Source of the DNA: Hydrurus foetidus
Lineage: Eukaryota
Assembly: GCA_900617105.1 (NCBI GenBank)
Contig: UYFQ01000478.1
Span: forward strand, 1 to 64,000
Reading direction: 5' to 3'
Length of the DNA: 64,000 bases
This document shows positions 45,327 through 54,342 of the stretch, one piece after another. The notes below the pieces were generated by a model that saw only the letters and a program-made list of their open reading frames with translations, ran no database searches and was not told the origin of the DNA. A program made the position numbers and the translations under genes. How positions within the stretch are numbered: position 1 is the stretch's first letter; each line of letters starts with the position of its first letter.

Positions 45327-45929
45327 CTACACACTCGACACGCTTTTGCGACGCGATAGCAGTCCAATCACGCCGAGACCTAGCAATAACATGGCATGGG
45401 TTTCGGGTTCAGGGATGCTGGCAACGATGACGCCTCCCGACAGAGGAAGCCGAATGTCATTGCCAGTGTGAACATCGATCGGAAGAACGCACCCTGGATT
45501 CAAGTCGCGCGTCGCCCCAGGAATGCTCACTGTCACACCGGAAGAAACTCTCGCTCCGCCGCTCGTTTCTATGTTCAGGCTTGAAACCGTAATCTGTCCA
45601 TCAAACCAAAACTGCTCTGCAGCGAAACCCAAGCCGCCATTTGACGTAATCGTTCCGGAAACGTGTACCGGCGCGGAATCCAAAATATTGTTCCACACCC
45701 AGTTGTTGGCCGAGGCTTGGTTGAAATTCAGGCGCTCAGTTGCACCCAAATTAAAGGTGTTCCACTCAATGGTGGTATTTCCGACCGTCTGTACCGTTAA
45801 GGTGTCCAAGCCCCATAAAAATGTTGCTTCTCCTGACACCACCCGCGCGAAGCTTGGTAGCGCAAAAGTCGATGCCGACAAGCCGTACGCGCATAGCGCT
45901 ACGAGCGCCTTGACCCACGTTTTTTTCAT
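45327..45929 (-). CDS. PEP-CTERM protein with a filamentous-haemagglutinin/TPS-like N-terminal domain
   Basis: Signal peptide, LPS..VVSG, IEWNTFNLG..E.LNFNQ; C-terminal IPEPETHAMLLLGLGVIGLLSRRK. Confidence 0.82.
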   Translation of the reverse strand: MKKTWVKALVALCAYGLSASTFALPSFARVVSGEATFLWGLDTLTVQTVGNTTIEWNTFNLGATERLNFNQASANNWVWNNILDSAPVHVSGTITSNGGLGFAAEQFWFDGQITVSSLNIETSGGARVSSGVTVSIPGATRDLNPGCVLPIDVHTGNDIRLPLSGGVIVASIPEPETHAMLLLGLGVIGLLSRRKSVSSV

Positions 45930-46087
45930 ATCACTCCCTGATGCATCGCGGCCATTCATTCTTGAGGACGCTGATGTCATTCAATGCTAAATGGCCTTTG
46001 TTTCAGCCAATGTTACGAACGGCTGCTTTGCATGATCCGTTTGAGTTACGCTGCAAAACACAAGCTAGAAATTGCAGCATCCCATCC

Positions 46088-46960
46088 ATGAGCGCCTCCC
46101 GCATTCCCCCCATCCAGTGCCTGCTGACCTTTGAGGCCTTGGCGCGGCTGCGCTCGGTCACGCAGGCGGCGGAAGAGTTGTTTGTCACACCCAGCGCGGT
46201 GAGCCACCGGGTGCGGCAGCTGGAGCAGATCATTGGCACCAAGCTGTTCGGCCGGGCTGATTTTTCGCTGACCACCGAGGGCAGCGAGTACCTGGCCCAC
46301 GTGCGCGAGGGCCTGGCCATCCTGCAGAAGTTTCCCAGCGCATCCGCCGCGCCGGGCAAGCGCAAGCTGCGCCTGGCCGTCACGCCTACGTTTTCACGCT
46401 CCATCCTGATCCCCCGCCTGCGCCAGTTCACCGACGCCTACCCCGAGATCGACCTGACGCTGCAGGTGTCCATCCCTTTGCTGGATGTGGTGGCCGAGGA
46501 CGCGGACCTGATGGTGCGCTTCGGCGCGGGCCGCTACGCCGACATGGAGCATGTGTGCCTGATGAAGGACGAGGTGACGCCGCTGGCCTCGCCCGCCTTT
46601 GTGCGGGAGCATGGGCCATTTGAAGCGCTGCAGGACCTGCAAAACATTCCGCTCTTGCGTAGCCCGCTGGAGCCGTGGCGCACCTGGTTTGCCGCCAACG
46701 GGCTGGACTGGCCGGAGCCGGTGGACGGCTCGCAGTTCAACGACATTGGCCTGATGTGCGACGCCGCTGCCGCCGGCATGGGCGTGGGCCTGGTGCGGCT
46801 GAAACTGGGCGCGCCCTGGCTGGAGAACGGCTCACTGGTGCGTCTGTATGACAACAACGTGCCCAGCCCCCACGCCCACTACCTGTGCTGGCGCACCGGC
46901 GCCCTGGACCGCTGGGAAGTGGCCGCCTTTGCCGACTGGCTGAAAAAAGCGGTGGGGTAG
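46088..46960 (+). CDS. LysR family regulator (GcvA-like)
   Basis: TFEALARLRSVTQAAEELFVTPSAVSHRVRQLE HTH plus substrate-binding domain. Confidence 0.93.
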   Translation: MSASRIPPIQCLLTFEALARLRSVTQAAEELFVTPSAVSHRVRQLEQIIGTKLFGRADFSLTTEGSEYLAHVREGLAILQKFPSASAAPGKRKLRLAVTPTFSRSILIPRLRQFTDAYPEIDLTLQVSIPLLDVVAEDADLMVRFGAGRYADMEHVCLMKDEVTPLASPAFVREHGPFEALQDLQNIPLLRSPLEPWRTWFAANGLDWPEPVDGSQFNDIGLMCDAAAAGMGVGLVRLKLGAPWLENGSLVRLYDNNVPSPHAHYLCWRTGALDRWEVAAFADWLKKAVG

Positions 46961-46975
46961 GAAGACCATCGACAC

Positions 46976-47040
46976 TGAAATATCAAACTTTATCTAAAAT
47001 TTGATAAAATATCTTTTTCAAGATAACAAATGATATTTCA
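46976..47040. promoter_or_regulatory. AT-rich nested palindrome upstream of the ATPase gene
   Basis: Outer IR TGAAATATCA/TGATATTTCA enclosing two TATC-N8-GATA palindromes. Confidence 0.55.
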
Positions 47041-48218
47041 TGAAATACTTTCACAGAAGTGCGTTGGCAGATGAGCTAGCCGACGCTCTGCAGGGAAAAA
47101 CACAGTTCAATGACGCCCCCAACGGCCTTTTTTTGGCGGCCCCCCGACGCACAGGCAAATCAACTTTTCTACAGCTCGACTTGAAGCCCGCTCTGGAAAA
47201 GCGCGATGTCGTCGTGGTGTATGTGGACTTATGGGCAGACCAGACACGCGATCCTGGCAGCCTGATCGCGGATGCTGTTGCTCGCGCATTGCAAGCGCAC
47301 ATGGGAGTGGTCGCCAAGGCAGCCAAATCCAGTGGACTCGACAGCATTACCGCACTGGGCTTTAAGATTGACACCACCAAAATAGGCAAACCAGATGGCA
47401 GCACCTTGGCAGATGCACTTCGGGCATTACATGGCGCAGCCAAAGCACCCATCGCACTGGTCGTGGATGAAGCGCAGCATGCCCTGACCAGCGAAGCCGG
47501 CGAAGCGGCCATGGCTGCACTGAAGTCGGCGCGCGACCAACTCAATCAGCCGGGTGTCGTCAACTTGATGCTAATCATGTCGGGTTCGGACCGCGACAAG
47601 TTATTGCGTCTGGTCAACACCAATGCATCCCCCTTTTACGGCTCTCAAATCCAACGCATGCCAGAACTGGGCGCCGATTTCATCGCCCATGCCGCTGCAT
47701 TGATACTTCAGCAGCGCCCAGGACTCGCACCCGTTGACGAAGAGGCGCTCCAACAGGCATTTACCTCGTTTGGCAGCCGCCCGCAATTTTTCATCAATGC
47801 CCTGGGCCAAGTGCTCAGTCCCTTGGCAGACATTGACGGGCGCTTTGAAACCGCCATGCTGGGTCTGGCGCTCCAGCGCCAAGAACAAGACGAGGCTCAG
47901 ATGCAAAGCGACTACCTGGCGCTTAAGCCTCTGGAGCAAGCCGTGCTCTGGCGGTTGCTGAACATGGGGCCTCGCTTCCGCCCCTACGACGCTGATGCAT
48001 TGGCCTTCTACCAGGACAAAACCGGGGACAAAGTGAGTGTGGCTAAAGCGCAGAAAGCGCTGGAAAGCTTGCGTGACCGGCAACCCAGCATCATCTGGAA
48101 GTCCGCCCGAAGCGAGTACGCACTGGACGACGCGGCAATGCACCGTTGGTACCGCCAACACATCGACGCCAAGACTTGGCCACCAACAGGGCCTCAACTC
48201 GACTGGATCGACGAATAA
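47040..48218 (+). CDS. P-loop (AAA+-like) ATP-binding protein, probable C-terminal winged helix
   Basis: APRRTGKST Walker A, VVDEAQ Walker B, MSGS sensor; appears lower in GC than its neighbours. Confidence 0.8.
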   Translation: MKYFHRSALADELADALQGKTQFNDAPNGLFLAAPRRTGKSTFLQLDLKPALEKRDVVVVYVDLWADQTRDPGSLIADAVARALQAHMGVVAKAAKSSGLDSITALGFKIDTTKIGKPDGSTLADALRALHGAAKAPIALVVDEAQHALTSEAGEAAMAALKSARDQLNQPGVVNLMLIMSGSDRDKLLRLVNTNASPFYGSQIQRMPELGADFIAHAAALILQQRPGLAPVDEEALQQAFTSFGSRPQFFINALGQVLSPLADIDGRFETAMLGLALQRQEQDEAQMQSDYLALKPLEQAVLWRLLNMGPRFRPYDADALAFYQDKTGDKVSVAKAQKALESLRDRQPSIIWKSARSEYALDDAAMHRWYRQHIDAKTWPPTGPQLDWIDE

Positions 48219-48327
48219 AGCCAGTGGCCGGCAAGATTGCCGAATTCACGTGACCCGCAAAGTTTCTTCACGCCACGGCGGCGGCATTTCTACTAGAGTG
48301 CGGGCATACGCCGCCAGAAAGCCCGCC

Positions 48328-49830
48328 ATGAATGCCCCCGTTGCCATCAGCCCCACCGAATTGCTATCAAAAACAGAGCTGCTTGCGCATATTCTGCGGG
48401 GGCTAGCGCCCTATTTACCCAAGCATGCGCTGCTATACCAAACCGAAGACACCACACCCTATGAGTGCGACGGGCTGACCGCCTACCGCCAGCGCCCACT
48501 CTTGGTGGCGCTGCCCGAGACCGAGGAGCAGGTGGCGGCCGTGCTCAAGGTTTGCCATGGGCTGAACGTGCCGGTGGTGGCGCGCGGCGCGGGCACGGGC
48601 TTGTCGGGTGGGGCCATGCCGCATGCCTTGGGCGTCACGCTCTCGCTGGCCAAGTTCAACAAGATCCTCAAGCTGGACAAGCGCAGCCGCACGGCCGTGG
48701 TGCAGTGCGGCGTGCGCAACCTGGCCATCAGCGAGGCGGCCGCGCCGCTGGGCCTGTATTACGCGCCCGACCCCAGCAGCCAGATCGCCTGCACCATAGG
48801 CGGCAATGTGGCCGAGAACTCGGGCGGCGTGCACTGCCTGAAATATGGCCTGACGCTGCACAACGTGCTCAAGGTGCGCGGCTTCACCATGGAGGGCGAG
48901 CCCATCGAGTTTGGTGGCGACGCACTGGACGCACCGGGCTACGACCTGATGAGCGTGGTGGTGGGCAGCGAGGGCATGCTGGCCGTGACCACCGAGGTCA
49001 CCGTGAAGCTGGTGCCCAAGCCGCAGCTGGCGCGTTGCATCATGGCCAGCTTTGACGACCTGCGCAAAGCGGGCGACGCGGTGGCCGCCGTCATTGCGGC
49101 CGGCATCATCCCCGCCGGGCTGGAGATGATGGACAAGCCCATGACCGCCGCAGTGGAAGACTTTGTGCACGCGGGCTACGACCTGACGGCCGAGGCGATT
49201 TTGCTGTGCGAGAGCGATGGCACACCCGAAGAGGTGGAAGAAGAAATCGGCCGCATGACCCGCGTGTTAACTGACTCTGGCGCTACCAAAATTGCTGTCA
49301 GCAACAGCGAGGCCGAGCGCCTGCGCTTCTGGAGTGGGCGCAAAAACGCTTTCCCCGCCAGCGGCCGCATCAGCCCCGACTACATGTGCATGGACAGCAC
49401 CATTCCCCGTGCCCGGCTGGCCGACATCCTGCTGGCGATTGGCGAGATGGAGAAGAAGTACCAGCTGCGCTGCGCCAACGTCTTCCACGCGGGCGACGGC
49501 AATCTGCACCCCCTCATCCTGTTCGATGCGAACGACGCCGACCAGCTGCGCCGCTGCGAACTGTTTGGCGCCGAGATTTTGGAAACCAGCGTGGCCATGG
49601 GCGGCACGGTGACGGGGGAGCACGGCGTGGGCGTGGAGAAGCTCAACAGCATGTGCGTGCAGTTTTCCGCAGAGGAGAACGCGCAGATGTTTGCGGTGAA
49701 GGCGGCGTTTGATCCGCAAGGTTTGCTGAACCCCGGCAAGGTCATCCCCACGCTGCAGCGCTGCGCTGAGTACGGCCGCGAGCTGGTGCGCGGCGGCAAG
49801 CTCAAGCACCCCGACCTGCCCCGGTTCTAG
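48328..49830 (+). CDS. glcD: Glycolate oxidase FAD-linked subunit
   Basis: YECDGL, RGAGTGLSGG, PDPSSQIACTIGGNVAENSGG, HAGDGNLHP, GEHGVG, LNPGK. Confidence 0.9.
   Translation: MNAPVAISPTELLSKTELLAHILRGLAPYLPKHALLYQTEDTTPYECDGLTAYRQRPLLVALPETEEQVAAVLKVCHGLNVPVVARGAGTGLSGGAMPHALGVTLSLAKFNKILKLDKRSRTAVVQCGVRNLAISEAAAPLGLYYAPDPSSQIACTIGGNVAENSGGVHCLKYGLTLHNVLKVRGFTMEGEPIEFGGDALDAPGYDLMSVVVGSEGMLAVTTEVTVKLVPKPQLARCIMASFDDLRKAGDAVAAVIAAGIIPAGLEMMDKPMTAAVEDFVHAGYDLTAEAILLCESDGTPEEVEEEIGRMTRVLTDSGATKIAVSNSEAERLRFWSGRKNAFPASGRISPDYMCMDSTIPRARLADILLAIGEMEKKYQLRCANVFHAGDGNLHPLILFDANDADQLRRCELFGAEILETSVAMGGTVTGEHGVGVEKLNSMCVQFSAEENAQMFAVKAAFDPQGLLNPGKVIPTLQRCAEYGRELVRGGKLKHPDLPRF
48361..48422 (+). repeat. 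Dispersed ~62-bp motif, copy 7 (inside the glcD 5' end)
   Basis: TTGCTATCAAAAACAGAGCTGCTTGCGCATATTCTGCGGGGGCTAGCGCCCTATTTACCC translates as LLSKTELLAHILRGLAPYLP. Confidence 0.85.
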
Positions 49831-49832
49831 GG

Positions 49833-50348
49833 CTAAAAGCGCGAGCTGATCTGGAAGTTGACGTTGCCGGATTCGGCCAGAACGGCACGGTACTCGAAGC
49901 GCAGGCCCGACGTGACGGTCTGCCCAAAACTCACCTGGGCCAACATGCTTTTGGCACCGGGGTCATAGGCCAGCGCAAGGGGGCTGCCCGAAAACGAAGT
50001 GATCGTTAAACCCACTTTTTTGCGCGAGCCGTCGTAGCGCGTGTCAAAGGCCACCAGATAGTCTTTGAGCGAAGCCTCCAGCTTTTTGCGCTCGCCATCG
50101 GCTTCGATCAGCATCGTGCGGTCTTTGCCGCCTATCGCCTCGGGCGGTGCAATGCTGTAACTCACCGGCTGCATCAGATCTTGCCCATGCGCCAGCCCAC
50201 CCACAAGGGTCAGCGCAGCGAGGGTGAGGACAACTGACTTCAAGGCGAGCTCCGTAGATTGGGAAGTAACTATGGCACGCAGTCTCCCGCTTGAAAAGAT
50301 AGAAAACGCGGCTTTCATGTCAGTAATTGTTGGATTTGTGTGCGTCAC
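49833..50348 (-). CDS. Hypothetical exported protein
   Basis: Signal-like segment LAALTLVGGLAHG; alternating beta-strand-like C-terminus ending in Phe; start uncertain. Confidence 0.5.
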   Translation of the reverse strand: MTHTNPTITDMKAAFSIFSSGRLRAIVTSQSTELALKSVVLTLAALTLVGGLAHGQDLMQPVSYSIAPPEAIGGKDRTMLIEADGERKKLEASLKDYLVAFDTRYDGSRKKVGLTITSFSGSPLALAYDPGAKSMLAQVSFGQTVTSGLRFEYRAVLAESGNVNFQISSRF

Positions 50349-50448
50349 ACCACAGACTTATCCGAATTTCCGGTTCGTCAAAACCCGTTCCATAATGGCG
50401 TCGCCTCGTACCGAGGCACAACATCAATCTAATCAGGGAGTATTCGGT

Positions 50449-50745
50449 ATGTTCAAACCCGTTTTGGCAACTATGGTCGCCGTCGCACTTTTGGCCGGTT
50501 GCGCCAACCAACGTTTCAATGTAGCCGGCGAGCTGCCAGCCACCCCATCGGCCAAGTCCGAAGCCAGCCAAACCTTCTTCCTCAGCGGCATTGGCCAAAT
50601 GAAGAGCGTGGACGCAGCCCAAGTCTGCGGCGGCGCCAGCAAGGTGGACGGCGTGGCCGTGCAGCAAGCGCCTCTGGACGTGCTGTTCAGCGTGCTGACC
50701 TTCGGTATCTACACCCCCCGTACCGCCAGCGTGTACTGCAAATAA
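50449..50745 (+). CDS. Bor/Iss family lipoprotein
   Basis: Lipobox LLAGC; FFLSGIGQ.K.VDAA.VCGG and T.GIYTP...VYC match the lambda Bor pattern. Confidence 0.88.
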   Translation: MFKPVLATMVAVALLAGCANQRFNVAGELPATPSAKSEASQTFFLSGIGQMKSVDAAQVCGGASKVDGVAVQQAPLDVLFSVLTFGIYTPRTASVYCK

Positions 50746-50764
50746 GCAGGCCCTGCGCCGAAGC

Positions 50765-50792
50765 AAAAGCCCCTCATCGAGGGGCTTTTTTT
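50765..50792. terminator. Rho-independent terminator (bidirectional-type)
   Basis: AAAAGCCCCTC-ATC-GAGGGGCTTTTTTT. Confidence 0.88.
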
Positions 50793-50799
50793 ATGGGCA

Positions 50800-52632
50800 C
50801 TACCAGGTGTCGATGGCCGGCCCAGTGAGTGGCCGGACCCGTCCTGCCTCCAAGCCCGCCACCAGCCAATCCCGTGTATCGGCGGGGTCCAGCACCGCGT
50901 CGATCTCCAGTGTGGCGGCCATATTCAGGCCGCTGCCGGCTGCGTATTGCTGCGCCAGCAAACGCTGGAACAAGGCCTCGCGCTCGGGGCCTTCGGGCAC
51001 AGCCTCCAGCTCCTTTCGGAAGCCCAGGCGCACCGCGCCCTCCAGCCCCATGGCGCCAAACTCGCCCGTGGGCCAGGCGACGGTAAACAACGGCGAGTGG
51101 AACCCGCCCGCCGTCATGGCCATGGCGCCCAGGCCATAGCCTTTGCGCAGCACCACACTCAGGAAGGGCACTCGCAGGTGCGCCGCGGCAATGAACATGC
51201 GACTCACATGGCGCACCTGGGCCGTGGCCTCGGTGTCGGGGCCGACCATGAAGCCAGGTGTATCCACCAGGCTGATGAGTGGCAGGCCATGCGCATTGCA
51301 CAGCTGCATGAAGCGTGCGGCCTTGTCGGCCGCATCAGCGTCAATGGCGCCGCCCAGGTGCGCCGGGTTGTTAGCCAACACGCCAACTGGGCGCCCGGCG
51401 ATGCGTGCCAGCGCGGTGTGCATGCCAACGCCAAAGCCGGTGCGCAACTCCAGCACGCTGCCCACGTCGGCTAAGCCCTCCACAGCGGCCCGCGTGTCGT
51501 ACACACGCAGCCGGTTCTCAGGCACCACGTCGCGCAGCGTGGTGGTATCGGGTGCGGTCCATGTAGCGGCCTGCCCTTGGAAGAACGACAGGTAGTGGCG
51601 CGCCGCGGCCACGGCCTGCGCTTCGTCGTCCACCAGCACGTCGATCACGCCATTGGCATGCTGCACGCCGCTGGGGCCAATCTGCTCGGGCTTGAAGCTG
51701 CCCAGGCCACCGCCCTCCACCATCGCCGGGCCGCCCATGCCGATGTTGCTGGCGCGCGTGGCAATCACCACGTCGCTGCAGCCCAGCAGGGCCGCGTTGC
51801 CGGCAAAGCAGCGGCCGGCCGCAATGCCCACCACCGGGACCTGGCCATTGAGGCGCGCAAAGCTGGCAAAGGTGGCCACGTGCAGGCCAGCCACGATGGG
51901 CATGTCCACATCACCTGGGCGACCACCGCCGCCTTCGGCAAACAACACTACGGGCAGCTTGTTTTGCAGGGCGATGCCCAGCATGCGGTCCGTCTTCTGG
52001 TGGTTGCGCATGCCCTGGGTGCCGGCCAGCACCGTAGCGTCGTAGGCCATGACCACGGTGCGCTGGCCGTTGACGGTGCCAATGCCGGTCACCATGCCAT
52101 CGGCTGGTGTGTTCTGGATCAGGTCTTCTGCTGCCCGGCGGCTGCGCTGAGCGGCCACGGCCAGCGCACCGTATTCGATGAAGGAGCCAGGGTCGCAGAG
52201 GTCCGCAATGTTCTCGCGTGCGGTGCGCAGGCCCTGGGCGTGGCGCTTGGCCACGGCCTCGGGGCGGCTGGTGTCGAACGTGAAGGCCCCGCGGTCGCGC
52301 AGGGATTGCAGGTCCGCGCGCACGCCCGTGTGGGCTGCGACGGGCCCTTCTGCCGGCACGGATTGCAGGCTGGACTTTGATGCCAAATCTGCCTCTAGCC
52401 CCCGTGGAATATGCGCCAGCAGCTCCCAATTTAATAGCACTCCCTTCTCCTGCACCAGCTCGCCCACGGCAAAACACAGGTGGGTGACGCGGCCCGCAGC
52501 GGGCACGCGCACCTCGTGTTCCATCTTCATGGCTTCGAGGATGACGAGCACGTCGCCAGCGGCTACGGTCTGACCGGGTTGCACCAGCCATTGCACGACG
52601 CTGGCTTGCAGGGGGGAGAGGATGTCAGGCAT
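50800..52632 (-). CDS. Biotin-carrier plus carboxyltransferase domain protein (acyl-CoA carboxylase component)
   Basis: EAMKM biotinylation motif at the N-terminus; DATVLAGT, EGGGGRPGD, DTPGFMVG carboxyltransferase motifs. Confidence 0.9.
   Translation of the reverse strand: MPDILSPLQASVVQWLVQPGQTVAAGDVLVILEAMKMEHEVRVPAAGRVTHLCFAVGELVQEKGVLLNWELLAHIPRGLEADLASKSSLQSVPAEGPVAAHTGVRADLQSLRDRGAFTFDTSRPEAVAKRHAQGLRTARENIADLCDPGSFIEYGALAVAAQRSRRAAEDLIQNTPADGMVTGIGTVNGQRTVVMAYDATVLAGTQGMRNHQKTDRMLGIALQNKLPVVLFAEGGGGRPGDVDMPIVAGLHVATFASFARLNGQVPVVGIAAGRCFAGNAALLGCSDVVIATRASNIGMGGPAMVEGGGLGSFKPEQIGPSGVQHANGVIDVLVDDEAQAVAAARHYLSFFQGQAATWTAPDTTTLRDVVPENRLRVYDTRAAVEGLADVGSVLELRTGFGVGMHTALARIAGRPVGVLANNPAHLGGAIDADAADKAARFMQLCNAHGLPLISLVDTPGFMVGPDTEATAQVRHVSRMFIAAAHLRVPFLSVVLRKGYGLGAMAMTAGGFHSPLFTVAWPTGEFGAMGLEGAVRLGFRKELEAVPEGPEREALFQRLLAQQYAAGSGLNMAATLEIDAVLDPADTRDWLVAGLEAGRVRPLTGPAIDTW
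52376..52439 (-). repeat. Dispersed ~62-bp motif, copy 8 (at the biotinyl/carboxyltransferase domain boundary)
   Basis: Reverse complement TGCTATTAAATTGGGAGCTGCTGGCGCATATTCCACGGGGGCTAGAGGCAGATTTGGCATCAAA translates as LLNWELLAHIPRGLEADLAS. Confidence 0.9.
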
Positions 52633-52686
52633 GGCGGCATTGTGAGCCGCCTGCAGTTAGCCTGCCGTCAATTGGGGGACAACCGA

Positions 52687-53346
52687 TCAGGCAACCGTTG
52701 CCCGCGCCAGCATCCGGCTCACCGCGCGTGGGTCCATGCCGTACATGTCGGCAAAAACTTCCACTGTTTTTCCACTTGCTTTGAAAGCCTTTGCCAGCGC
52801 TTCGGTCTTGGCGGCTTGGGCGTTGGCTTCTGCCATGGCTTCGTCGAGCAACGCGTTGGCGCCCTCGTCGCGGCTGCGTACCAGCTCGCTGTAGGCCTGT
52901 GGTGTCAGGCCCGAGGCCTCATAGGTCACCACGATGCGCTGCACAAGCTTGGGGCGCAAGTCTTCCCTGCTGCGGGTCTGGCGGCGGCGGAAGACTTCCA
53001 GCAGGGCGTGGTGCACATGCTCGGGCGCCATCGCTTCGGTGGGCTTGCCTTGCAAGTCGTAGCGGTCTTCGCCGGCGGCCACTGCCGTCAGGTAGCGGGT
53101 AGACCGCGCATGGTGGGACAGCGCCGCCTTGAGGCTGTCCTTTTCAAAAACGTCAGGGTGGGCCTCCAGCAAGTCCTGAAAAACGCCGCGCTTCATGGGC
53201 AGAAAGGTGGCGCCAAACATATGGGGGTACAGCGCCGCCATTTTTTCCAACACCGGGAAAGCATCGGGTTTGGCCGCACGTTTGGGCGCGGTGACTGGGG
53301 TGTCAGCGGCCGGTGCTTCGGGTGGGGTTGGCAAGGTAGCAGTCAT
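52687..53346 (-). CDS. ProQ/FinO family RNA chaperone
   Basis: PMKRGVFQDL, ALSHHARSTRYL, RYDLQG. Confidence 0.85.
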   Translation of the reverse strand: MTATLPTPPEAPAADTPVTAPKRAAKPDAFPVLEKMAALYPHMFGATFLPMKRGVFQDLLEAHPDVFEKDSLKAALSHHARSTRYLTAVAAGEDRYDLQGKPTEAMAPEHVHHALLEVFRRRQTRSREDLRPKLVQRIVVTYEASGLTPQAYSELVRSRDEGANALLDEAMAEANAQAAKTEALAKAFKASGKTVEVFADMYGMDPRAVSRMLARATVA

Positions 53347-53381
53347 GTAGAAACTTCAGAGAGGCTGGGAAAAGCCCCCGA

Positions 53382-54239
53382 TCATGCCAGCACAAAGCCC
53401 CGCACCGGGTCCGCTGCACCGCGCTGCAACCAATTGGTCGCCGCATACTGCGTGCTCGCGTCCGTGGCATGCAGCGTGTAGGCGTGGCGCGACACCGCCG
53501 AACGGTTGGGCGCACTGTAGTGCGGCAACAGCCCGTGGAAGACCACCAGCGTGCCAGCCTTTACTTCCAAAGGAATGGCGTTCACATTGCTGGCGGGCCA
53601 GGGCGTGGCGTTCAGCTTGTTCATGGCAATCGCATCGCCATGGCGCTCAAAGCGCTCGCGCAGCACGCCGCGCGGCCCGCGGTGGCCGCCGGGCTCGGTC
53701 CACAGGCAGCCGTTTTGCAGCGTGGCGTCTTCCAGCGCAAACCAGAAGGTGGTGACGCTCAGCGGCGTGGTGTCAAAAAACGTGGCGTCCTGGTGCCAGC
53801 CCACCTCGCCGCCGATGCCGGGCTGCTTGAAGATGTACATGGACTGCCAAACCTGCGGCTGGGCCAGCCCCACATCGGCTGCCACCTCGGCCAGCGCCGC
53901 GGCGTGGCTGAAGGCCTCAAACACCGGGTCTTTGTCATGCAGTGCGTGGCCTATCTTGTTGATGGACAGGGCCTTGGCCTGGCGCAGCTCGCCATCTGGC
54001 CCAAACGCCTCTTCCTCAAAAAAACAGCTGATGCGGTCCGCCGAGTCCAGAAAGTAGCGGTCCACCTTGCGCACCTGGTCGTTGGTGGTGAAGACGCTTT
54101 TGCTCTCGTTGGGGTCGAAGGCGTCCACGATGGCTTCGGCCCGGGCGCGCACGGCGGCAATCTCGGCGGCGGACTTGAAGTTCGGCAGGATGAGGAAGCC
54201 GTCTTCCTGGTAGCGGGTTTTCTGTTCGGGTGTCAGCAT
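53382..54239 (-). CDS. Phytanoyl-CoA dioxygenase (PhyH) family protein
   Basis: KQPGIGGEVGWHQD, LEDATLQNGCL, H...NRS..SR. Confidence 0.9.
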   Translation of the reverse strand: MLTPEQKTRYQEDGFLILPNFKSAAEIAAVRARAEAIVDAFDPNESKSVFTTNDQVRKVDRYFLDSADRISCFFEEEAFGPDGELRQAKALSINKIGHALHDKDPVFEAFSHAAALAEVAADVGLAQPQVWQSMYIFKQPGIGGEVGWHQDATFFDTTPLSVTTFWFALEDATLQNGCLWTEPGGHRGPRGVLRERFERHGDAIAMNKLNATPWPASNVNAIPLEVKAGTLVVFHGLLPHYSAPNRSAVSRHAYTLHATDASTQYAATNWLQRGAADPVRGFVLA

Positions 54240-54342
54240 GGGGCTATGCAAAGTTGGGCTGTGGCCATAGCGTTTCAGTATAGACAGGCTGGGCACACCC
54301 GCAGCCAAATCGGATACGCTTGTTGGCAGGAGAACCCAACCC

